A stretch of 64,000 nucleotides of DNA from a candidate division FCPU426 bacterium (GTDB taxonomy: Bacteria; Oederibacteriota; Muellerivitia; Muellerivitales; Muellerivitaceae), in assembly GCA_963719085.1 (NCBI GenBank), contig CAVRAL010000001.1:896001-960000 (forward strand), in the 5' to 3' direction. The notes below the pieces were generated by a model, which saw nothing but the letters and a program-made list of their open reading frames with translations, was not told the DNA's origin and searched no databases. Positions 56,709-64,000 of this stretch are shown piece by piece (positions within the stretch are counted from its first letter, which is position 1; the number at the start of each line of letters is the position of its first letter). The translations under genes and the position numbers were made by a program.

Positions 56709-57790
56709 AAATCATTTCCCGCTATATCCTGAGCCAATTCCTGCTCCCCTTTCTGCTTTCGCTTTTCGCCTTTTCCGTGATCATTTTAATCATCCAGGTT
56801 TTCGATGAACTGCATTATGTCATGCAGCAAAAACCGGGCTTTTGGATCACCTTGGAATACTACCTTTTAAAAATTCCGGGGCTGCTTTTGGAAATTATCC
56901 CCATCGCGGTGCTGATGGCCGTTCTTTTCTCGCTCAGCAACCTGGCCAAGTTGAATGAACTGATGGCCATGCGGGCCGGCGGAGCCAGTATTTTCCTGGT
57001 GGCGCGGCCCATCCTGTTTTGCGGCGTGGTGGTTTTTGGACTGACCATCCTTTTCAACGAGTTGATCGTCCCCAAGGCCAATTCACTTGACCGCCAGATC
57101 CGCTGGGACGACATTGAGCGCCGCCCCCAAACCCCAACCACCGCCAAGTCGAATCTGTCGCTGATGGGATCGGACAATCAGATGATCCATATCGGTCATT
57201 TCGACGGCCCCACGAACACGATGAGCGACATTATTGTCTTGAGCTTCGACAATGGAATCCATTTGAAATCCCGCATCGACGCCAAACAAGCCGTTTACCA
57301 AAATGGTCAGTGGTTTTTCCAAAACGGTTATTTCAGGATTTTCGACGACACGGGCGCCGAGCTATCCTGCAAGCCCTTCGACCGCGCGCCATTCAACTTG
57401 GATGAAAAACCCGGGGATCTGCTCAAGGACGAGGAAGAAGGCGCGGTCGTTAACATCGTGCAGCTTTATTACAATATCCAGCATCTGAAGGAAAACGGCG
57501 CGGATTATCACAAGGAATTAATTGAGCTTCACAAAAAAATCGCGTTCCCTTTCGCCTGCGTCATCCTGGCGCTTCTTGGGGTGTCCTGGGGCTGGAGCAT
57601 GGGCAAGTACAGCGGCGTGGCGGCGAGCTTTGGGATCTGCCTGATCGTCGCCTTTATTTATATCGGCGGCATGCAGGTTTTTCAGACGCTGGGAACCTCT
57701 GGGACCCTTTCGCCCTTCGTTTCCATGTGGACCGCCAATGTCCTGTTCGGCTTAGGGGGAATCTGGCTGCTGCTTCGAAAGAACCGCTGA
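56705..57790 (+). CDS. lptG: LPS export ABC transporter permease LptG
   Basis: MKIISRYIL, NELMAMRAGGAS, KKIAFPFAC, W.AN; GTGA overlap with lptF. Confidence 0.9.
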   Translation: MKIISRYILSQFLLPFLLSLFAFSVIILIIQVFDELHYVMQQKPGFWITLEYYLLKIPGLLLEIIPIAVLMAVLFSLSNLAKLNELMAMRAGGASIFLVARPILFCGVVVFGLTILFNELIVPKANSLDRQIRWDDIERRPQTPTTAKSNLSLMGSDNQMIHIGHFDGPTNTMSDIIVLSFDNGIHLKSRIDAKQAVYQNGQWFFQNGYFRIFDDTGAELSCKPFDRAPFNLDEKPGDLLKDEEEGAVVNIVQLYYNIQHLKENGADYHKELIELHKKIAFPFACVILALLGVSWGWSMGKYSGVAASFGICLIVAFIYIGGMQVFQTLGTSGTLSPFVSMWTANVLFGLGGIWLLLRKNR

Positions 57791-57800
57791 CGGCGGCCGC

Positions 57801-58610
57801 TTAAACCGCCTGAAGAAACAACCCCGCGCGGTCGGCGAAAGCCACGGTCTTTTCTTGATCCAGCAAAAAGGTTTTGCCCGCCTCCACGACCAAACCGGCG
57901 GAATGAATTTTCGCCAAATGTTCCAAAGTTTTCAAACCCACCGTGGGAATATCAAACCGCCAATCCTGGCGGGGGCTCGCCGTTTTGATCAGGATGACGC
58001 CCTTGCCGGCCAGGGTTCCCGCGCGCCGGATCGCCTCATTCGTGCCCTCCAAGGCTTCCACGGCCACCACCGCCCCGCCTTTTAAAAGCAGGGTCTGGCC
58101 CACCGCCGCCTTCGCCAATTGTCGGGCCATGGCCAAACCATACCGGATGGTTTTTTGCTCGAACGCCGAGGGTTTTCGCCGGGTCATTCCGCCGCGCGCC
58201 GCGATCAAATCGTCCATCAAAAAACGCGCGTCCATCAACCGCACGCCGTCGCGGCCCAGTTCAAAGGCGATTTCTTTCAGCAGGGCTTCCCCGGAGCGGT
58301 TTTTGGCCCGGGCTAAAAGCGCCAGCGCCCTAAAATCAAACCGCAGATTCGAGAACAATCGGCCGTGCCGCACCCGGCCGTGCATCACGGCCTGGCGCAC
58401 CTTTTCTTTTTTGAAAAAGGAAATGAGTTTCCCCAATTGCCCGATGGAGATCCATTCCACCGCGTCCCCCAGCCGTTCCAGGCTCGGCGAGGCTTCGCCG
58501 CGCAAGGCGGCGATTTTAAGCGGGTGACCCGCCTGCCGGGCGCGGGCCGCGAAAAGAAACGGCAATTCGCCGGCCCCCGCGATCAATCCAATGGTGGGAG
58601 GGGTTTTCAC
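57801..58610 (-). CDS. lpxI: UDP-2,3-diacylglucosamine pyrophosphatase LpxI
   Basis: IGLIAG.GELP, VGQT, AVEALEGT, QDWRFDIPTVG; follows lpxA. Confidence 0.93.
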   Translation of the reverse strand: MKTPPTIGLIAGAGELPFLFAARARQAGHPLKIAALRGEASPSLERLGDAVEWISIGQLGKLISFFKKEKVRQAVMHGRVRHGRLFSNLRFDFRALALLARAKNRSGEALLKEIAFELGRDGVRLMDARFLMDDLIAARGGMTRRKPSAFEQKTIRYGLAMARQLAKAAVGQTLLLKGGAVVAVEALEGTNEAIRRAGTLAGKGVILIKTASPRQDWRFDIPTVGLKTLEHLAKIHSAGLVVEAGKTFLLDQEKTVAFADRAGLFLQAV

Positions 58611-58618
58611 TATCCGGA

Positions 58619-59392
58619 TTACCGGACGATTCCGCGCTGGGATTGGGTGAGGAACTCGACCAAGGTTTTGATCTCCTCCAAAGGCGGAAAATCCCGGTTC
58701 AGCGCCGTGACGGCCTCTTGAAGCGTTAGGTTACTTCGGAAAATCACCTTATGGGCTTTCTTCAAGTGATCAATGGTTTCTTTGGGGAAATTCGCCCGCT
58801 CCAACCCGACCTGGTTGATCCCGGCGATATGCAGGGGTTCCCCGCCCGCGATCATGTACGGCACCACGTCTTGAACCGCCCGGAAGCCGCCGCCGATCAT
58901 GGCGTATTTTCCCACCCGCACGAATTGATGCACCGGGGTGACGCCCCCGATATTGGCGTAATCATCGATCCGGGCATGGCCGCCCAGGGTCGCCAAATTC
59001 GCCAGCTTCACATGGTTGCCGACCACGCAGTTGTGGCCCACATGGCTTTGGATCATGAGCCAATTGTCGTTCCCGATTACGGTCTTGGTGCCTTCGCCCG
59101 TGCCGGGATTGATGGTGGCGTATTCCCGGATCAGGTTGTTATCCCCGATCTCCAGCCAGGTTCGCTCGCCCGCGTATTTGACGTCCTGGGGCTCGCTGCC
59201 AACCACCGCACCCGTGAAGATACGGTTATTTTTGCCTAAAATCGTGTTGCCCGTGATGACCGCGTGCGGACCCACGGACGTGCCGTCGCCTATGGTGACG
59301 TTGCCGTCGACAATGGCGTAAGGGCCGATTGTCACGCCCGCGCCTAACCGGGCTTTGGGATCCACGATGGCCGTCGGATGAATTTGAGACAT
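58619..59392 (-). CDS. lpxA: UDP-GlcNAc O-acyltransferase
   Basis: IHPTAIV, hexapeptide repeats, PQDVKY, HVGHNC, VHQFVRVG. Confidence 0.98.
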   Translation of the reverse strand: MSQIHPTAIVDPKARLGAGVTIGPYAIVDGNVTIGDGTSVGPHAVITGNTILGKNNRIFTGAVVGSEPQDVKYAGERTWLEIGDNNLIREYATINPGTGEGTKTVIGNDNWLMIQSHVGHNCVVGNHVKLANLATLGGHARIDDYANIGGVTPVHQFVRVGKYAMIGGGFRAVQDVVPYMIAGGEPLHIAGINQVGLERANFPKETIDHLKKAHKVIFRSNLTLQEAVTALNRDFPPLEEIKTLVEFLTQSQRGIVR

Positions 59393-60732
59393 TAGACCAT
59401 CTCCCCGCTTTGTCCCTTATCCACCAGGGCGCAGGTGATCTCGGCCTCCGCCACCACTTGACCGTCCACCAGCGCCTTGGCCGCCAGTTTGCAGATTTTC
59501 GTGCGGAGGACGATCACATCCACTTCCAAGCGCAGCTGATCCCCGGGGTTGACCGGCCTTCGAAACCGCGCCCCGTTGATGCCAGCCAGGTATTGGATTT
59601 TGCTGTTGTCCCCGTCCCGGGCGGCCAAAACCGCGACGCCGCCGACCTGGGCCAAGGCTTCCAAAATCAAAACTCCCGGCATGACCGGGTGGCCAGGAAA
59701 ATGACCCTGAAAAAAAGTCTCGTTCATCGAGACATTTTTAAGCCCCACCGCCCTTTTACCGGGTTCCAATTCCAGGATCCGATCCACTAAAAGAAAAGGA
59801 TAGCGGTGCGGCAAAAGCTTTTGAATCTCGATGATATCAAGCATGGTTTCTCCCTTTTTCTGGTTCGACGGCCCGGCGGCGGCGCTTTTTTTCCCGAATT
59901 TTTCCTCCAAGGCCTTCGCCAACTCCACATGAAAACGGTGGCCGGCTTTTTTCACCGTAATCTTGCCTACCAATGGCCGGTTGAGCAGGGTCAAATCGCC
60001 CAAAAGATCCATGGTTTTATGCCGGACAAACTCATCCACGAACCGAAGCGGTCCGTTCAAAACCCCTTTTTCCCCCACCACCAAGGCGCAATCCAAATCG
60101 CCGCCCTTGATGAGTCCTTGCTGGCGCAAAGCTTCCACTTCCTTCTCAAAGCAAAAGGTGCGGGCCGGGGCCAACTCTTTCTCAAAGTTTCCCGGCGTAA
60201 TCGCGACCTGGACCTGTTGATGCTCCAATCCCGGATTCGGAAAGGAAATGGTCACATCCAAAAGGAGGCCGTCAAAAGGCTCCGCTTTCAAAAACACGTC
60301 CCCAAATTGAAGCTCCAGGGTTTCGGTAATGACCAAGGGATCCACCTTGTCCCCCTGCTCCACCCAACCGGCCTGATCCAGCGCCCGGCAAAAGGAAACC
60401 GCGCTTCCATCCATGATGGGCATTTCCTCGCCGGTCATCTCAACTTTTAAGTTGTTGAGGCCCAAGCCCTGGACGGACGCGAGGAAATGCTCAATGGTAT
60501 GGATCTTGGCGTTTTTCTCTCCCGTCAAAGTCGTTCCCCGGGCCGTGCTGGTGACCCCATAGGGCGTCAGGAGGATCTCCGCGCCGAGATCTTTTCGGAA
60601 AAAGCGGATCCCGCTTCCCGCCGGGGCCGGCGAAACGGTCACCGCGCATTCGGAGCCCGTATGAAGCCCCTTGCCTTGGAAGGAAAAAGCTTTTTTGATC
60701 GTGCGTTGTTGGGGAAATGTTTTAAGCGTCAT
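59392..60732 (-). CDS. lpxC-fabZ: Bifunctional LpxC/FabZ
   Basis: [27 protein letters not shown] (LpxC) in frame with [23 protein letters not shown] (FabZ). Confidence 0.96.
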   Translation of the reverse strand: MTLKTFPQQRTIKKAFSFQGKGLHTGSECAVTVSPAPAGSGIRFFRKDLGAEILLTPYGVTSTARGTTLTGEKNAKIHTIEHFLASVQGLGLNNLKVEMTGEEMPIMDGSAVSFCRALDQAGWVEQGDKVDPLVITETLELQFGDVFLKAEPFDGLLLDVTISFPNPGLEHQQVQVAITPGNFEKELAPARTFCFEKEVEALRQQGLIKGGDLDCALVVGEKGVLNGPLRFVDEFVRHKTMDLLGDLTLLNRPLVGKITVKKAGHRFHVELAKALEEKFGKKSAAAGPSNQKKGETMLDIIEIQKLLPHRYPFLLVDRILELEPGKRAVGLKNVSMNETFFQGHFPGHPVMPGVLILEALAQVGGVAVLAARDGDNSKIQYLAGINGARFRRPVNPGDQLRLEVDVIVLRTKICKLAAKALVDGQVVAEAEITCALVDKGQSGEMV

Positions 60733-61768
60733 GTTTTTTCACGCCTTGGATTTTTTCGATGGCTTTTTCCAACTGACGAACGCGTTTCAGCAAGACGGGC
60801 AATTGGCGGTAAGCCGCCACATTTTTCATTTCTTCCGCCATCGGCGCCGAAGGCGAGCCCCAATAAAGGCCCTTCGCCGGGATGTCTTCCATGACTCCCG
60901 TGCGGGTCGCCAGGGTGACTCCGTCCCCGATTTCCAAATGGCCCGCCAAACCTACCTGGCCGCCCATCATGGTAAAGTCGCCCACGGTGGTGGAGCCCGC
61001 GATTCCGGTTTGGGCCGCGATCACGCCATGGCGGCCGATGACTACGTTATGGCCGACCTGAATCAGGTTGTCTAGTTTGGTGCCTTCGCCGATCCGCGTG
61101 GTTCCCAGCACGGCCCGATCCACGCAAACATTCGCGCCCAGTTCCACATCATCCTCAATCACCACGTTTCCCACCTGGGGAATCTTGACGTACTTTTCCT
61201 TGTCTTTGGCGAAGCCAAACCCATCGGACCCGATGACCACCCCGGGTTGAAGAATCACCCGGTTCCCGATCCGGCAATTTTCCCGGATCGTGACATTGGG
61301 GTAAATCAGGCAATCCGCGCCAACCACCGCTTCGTCTCCCAGGAATACCCCCGGAAAAAGGACGCTTCGCGCGCCCACTTGGGCGCCCGCCGAAACCGTA
61401 ACGCCCGCGTAGATCGCGGCGGACGGATCCACCCGGGCCGACGGATGGACCTGGGCTCCGGCACGGATCCCCGGTTCATGGCTTGGGCCGGGATGAAAAA
61501 GCGAAATAGCTTTGGCTAAAACCAAATAAGGATTGGGCACCAACACATAGGCTTTATTGACCCCCGGCATTTCCTTTTCGCAAAGAATCGCCGAAGCGCC
61601 CGTGGATTGGGCGAAGGAAGCGTAGCGGGAATGGGTCACAAAGGTCAGATCCCCCTCGCGGGCCGACGCCAAAGGCGCGATGCCCCGCAAAGACGTTTGG
61701 GGGTCTCCAATAAAGGAGCCCCCCAATTTTTCCGCCAATTCTTTTAAGGAAAAAGACCGGCCCATCAA
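60722..61768 (-). CDS. lpxD: UDP-3-O-acylglucosamine N-acyltransferase
   Basis: [36 protein letters not shown]. Confidence 0.98.
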   Translation of the reverse strand: MMGRSFSLKELAEKLGGSFIGDPQTSLRGIAPLASAREGDLTFVTHSRYASFAQSTGASAILCEKEMPGVNKAYVLVPNPYLVLAKAISLFHPGPSHEPGIRAGAQVHPSARVDPSAAIYAGVTVSAGAQVGARSVLFPGVFLGDEAVVGADCLIYPNVTIRENCRIGNRVILQPGVVIGSDGFGFAKDKEKYVKIPQVGNVVIEDDVELGANVCVDRAVLGTTRIGEGTKLDNLIQVGHNVVIGRHGVIAAQTGIAGSTTVGDFTMMGGQVGLAGHLEIGDGVTLATRTGVMEDIPAKGLYWGSPSAPMAEEMKNVAAYRQLPVLLKRVRQLEKAIEKIQGVKKHDA

Positions 61769-62308
61769 TTAATTCGCGGGCGAGGCTGATCCACTATCGG
61801 ACGCGGCCGGGGCCGACGCCGGAAATTGTTTGGCGACCTCGTCGGTCAAATCCACCGGGTTATTGACGAGGATGGTTTTTTCCGAATCCAACACCACGTC
61901 GTAACCCTTGGCTTGCGCGACCTTCACGATAATGGCCTTGATCTGGACCAACAGATCATCGGTCATTTGATCCTGCTGGGCTTTCAACGCGGCCATAACC
62001 TGGTTGCTATCCTGTGTGTAATCCTCGTATTTTTTCTTCAGGATATATTCCTTGTCCGATTTTTGCGAAGGAGTCAAAACCGAGGCTTGTTTATCGAAAT
62101 CATCGCTCAGTTTTTGCAAATCCTGTTTTTCTTTCAGAATGCCCTTTTGCTTATCCGCCGCCAAGGCCGTGAATTTATCCTGGGCGTCTTTGGTGCCCGG
62201 ATATTCATTAAACAGCTTGGCCAAATCAACGGTCGCCATCTTGAAATCTTTCGCGAAAGACGTGGAAGCCAGCAAAAACAAGCAGGTGATCAAACTAAGA
62301 ATACGCAT
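61769..62308 (-). CDS. skp: Skp/OmpH periplasmic chaperone
   Basis: Signal peptide, KMATVD, KVAQAKGYDVVLD, DLTDEV; start ATG 62308 after AAGGAG. Confidence 0.9.
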   Translation of the reverse strand: MRILSLITCLFLLASTSFAKDFKMATVDLAKLFNEYPGTKDAQDKFTALAADKQKGILKEKQDLQKLSDDFDKQASVLTPSQKSDKEYILKKKYEDYTQDSNQVMAALKAQQDQMTDDLLVQIKAIIVKVAQAKGYDVVLDSEKTILVNNPVDLTDEVAKQFPASAPAASDSGSASPAN

Positions 62309-62329
62309 GAACAACTCCTTAAAAATAGT

Positions 62330-62425
62330 ATCGGCCCTGAGGTCATCCCATCTTGAAGTTGGACGAAGCAGGAGCTCGCCAAGTTTCCCCCGCCGCAAAA
62401 TTCACGGGATAAGAATTCAGCCGAT
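62330..62425 (-). ncRNA. Candidate structured leader RNA (96-nt irregular hairpin) of the skp-lpx operon
   Basis: Nested pairings ATCGGC/GCCGAT, ATCCC/GGGAT, TGAA/TTCA, GCGGGGG/CTCCTGC. Confidence 0.4.
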
Positions 62426-62448
62426 TCGGGCCAGAGGCACGAGGCAGG

Positions 62449-62477
62449 ATTCTAACACGAGGTTTCCTCTGGAACAA
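62449..62477 (-). promoter_or_regulatory. sigma70-type promoter of the skp-lpx operon
   Basis: TTGTTC-17 nt-TAGAAT with extended TG. Confidence 0.6.
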
Positions 62478-62497
62478 TCCAGGGAAAAGAGCCTCTT

Positions 62498-62893
62498 TTA
62501 AGCGAACCCGTTCTTTTGAAGGAATTTTACGAGGATTTCATCATCCTGCGGACGCAAAAGGGTAAATTTTAAGCCGTATTCATAGCGGCCTTGGGAGGGA
62601 AAATTGTGATAATTCGACCGCACCACTTCCGCCTGACCCAAAAGGGGCGCTTCAATCGTTTCAAGGGGGAATTCAATCTCAACCAATGAATTGACTTCGA
62701 GATAGTTTTTGGTGGAAAGAAAAAAGCCTGTCCGGCTGAGGTTGGCCATCAAATTATTGCCGTTATGCAGGTTTTCCTCGGGCGCTTCCCCGCTGGGAGA
62801 GCGTAACAAGCGGAACCGGATATGAAAGTGGACAGGAAAACGGGGGGCCACCCGTTGATCAGAAGGGTTCGGTAAAGTCATGGGTTGTTCCAA
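62498..62893 (-). CDS. PilZ domain protein
   Basis: QRVAPR (RxxxR) and NLSRTG (N/DxSxxG) motifs, YGLKF. Confidence 0.85.
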   Translation of the reverse strand: MEQPMTLPNPSDQRVAPRFPVHFHIRFRLLRSPSGEAPEENLHNGNNLMANLSRTGFFLSTKNYLEVNSLVEIEFPLETIEAPLLGQAEVVRSNYHNFPSQGRYEYGLKFTLLRPQDDEILVKFLQKNGFA

Positions 62894-62908
62894 CGGCTCC
62901 GGAAAAGC

Positions 62909-63931
62909 CTATAGAAAAAGCAAAACCGCCGTGACGACCGCTGTCGCGCCAACCGCCAGAACTTTCATCATCCCCGAAGGCTTATTTTTTTTCGCCTCGA
63001 GATTGCTGACCTTCATCGCGTCAAAGGGACGCCCGTAACTCCACAAATCCTCTTCCTGAATGTTGGGCTTGGTTTGGCTGACCGCCCCGTTTGCCGCTAT
63101 TTGGCTGGGGGCCGTCTGTCCCGCCATCACCGGGAAAGTCACCCGGCCCAATTGCGGATTATAAAGGCCGTCATAAATCGTTTTAGCGATCAGGTTGGGA
63201 TCGGTTTGTCTAAAATCGTTATCGGGCAAAACCATCGATTTCGGGGAGTAGTTCACGATGTTGTAGTTCAAGTTGTTGTAGATGTGGTTGTTCGAGATAG
63301 TCGGCGTCCCGAAATCTTTCAGGTAAAACCCGTACTTGTTGTTGTAGATCTCATTATTCGAAATCACCGGGCTCGAGGTATCCGAGATCAACACAAAACC
63401 CACACCATTGGCGGTGATGCGGTTATGAATAATTTGGGGGCTGGAATTAAGTGCGATTTCCACGCCGCTTTGGGCTCCATAGATGGCGCAGCCGGTGATC
63501 ATGGGCGAGGCCGCGTTACAAACCACCCGGCCGCCTTTAATTAAACAAGCCTGCAAAATGGAGTTCGCCGGGTCGCTGCCATAAAAGTAAATCGCGCCCC
63601 ACAAGGTTCCGTTGGTATCCGGCATAAAGGAGATCGGCTGGGTATTATCGGCCACCGCCCTCAATCCGCCTTCCACCACCAAATTGGGTCCATCCCCCGG
63701 CTTGCCCGAGGTATTGGCCACAAAATGGATCTCAGTTCCCGGGGCGATGGTCAAAACCGCGCCCTTGGCGACCGTAATGTCATTTTGAATGATGTAAGGA
63801 TTGCCGTCGGGGGACCAGGTCGTGTTGACGCCGATGGAATCGTGAATATAAGTGGGACCCGCCGCCTGAACCTGGGAAAAAGTCAACGAAATCAAAAGCG
63901 CGCAAAAGCCAGACCCTAAAATTTTCCGCAA
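62909..63931 (-). CDS. Exported right-handed beta-helix (NosD/pectin-lyase-like) protein with C-terminal hydrophobic anchor
   Basis: Signal peptide, TTW...NPY.I..D.TV..G..LTI.PG, SP.I.NN.I.NN repeats, terminal VLAVGATAVVTAVLLFL. Confidence 0.75.
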   Translation of the reverse strand: MRKILGSGFCALLISLTFSQVQAAGPTYIHDSIGVNTTWSPDGNPYIIQNDITVAKGAVLTIAPGTEIHFVANTSGKPGDGPNLVVEGGLRAVADNTQPISFMPDTNGTLWGAIYFYGSDPANSILQACLIKGGRVVCNAASPMITGCAIYGAQSGVEIALNSSPQIIHNRITANGVGFVLISDTSSPVISNNEIYNNKYGFYLKDFGTPTISNNHIYNNLNYNIVNYSPKSMVLPDNDFRQTDPNLIAKTIYDGLYNPQLGRVTFPVMAGQTAPSQIAANGAVSQTKPNIQEEDLWSYGRPFDAMKVSNLEAKKNKPSGMMKVLAVGATAVVTAVLLFL

Positions 63932-64000
63932 AGGAAGCCTCTTGTTGGTTGAGGTGAATGAAAGCGAAAGTTAGTCTAACAAAAGCTTTAAGCTTTGCAA

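Overview
A 64-kb chromosomal stretch from a diderm, LPS-producing bacterium, almost entirely coded on the minus strand. No CRISPR array, prophage or transposase is visible. Housekeeping blocks: tRNA-Val/spoVS; rph-rdgB followed by a Pro-Arg-His-Arg-Lys tRNA cluster; uvrB-uvrC; gap-(nfeD-SPFH)-pgk-tpiA-secG; lnt; lptFG; skp-lpxD-lpxC/fabZ-lpxA-lpxI. Accessory content points to polysaccharide and protein degradation at the cell surface: a GH94 phosphorylase, a multidomain clan GH-A hydrolase, a CBM lipoprotein, a propeller lipoprotein, an S53 protease and two LacI regulators with candidate operators. The most striking feature is a type IX secretion (T9SS)-like module. A 1948-aa SprA/Sov-like translocon with an extra N-terminal FN3-like domain directly abuts a 1499-aa FN3-repeat protein. 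That protein and the S53 protease carry CTD/FlgD-Ig-like C-terminal sorting domains. Most signal-peptide proteins follow the Bacteroidota-style Gln ('Q-rule') pattern, and secreted proteins are rich in (T-x)n/TPTP tracts. The rest of the gene content (spoVS, rph-rdgB-tRNA synteny, Shine-Dalgarno use, TTGACA-type promoters) argues against Bacteroidota; a candidate phylum such as FCPU426 or a relative is my inference only. Non-coding observations include tRNA-3'-end repeats and CCA-ended minihelices, a nested palindromic repeat family carrying a covarying 79-bp double hairpin, a 96-nt hairpin leader on the lipid A operon, and LytTR-type direct repeats in front of lptFG. All calls come from motif recognition by eye; no database searches were run.
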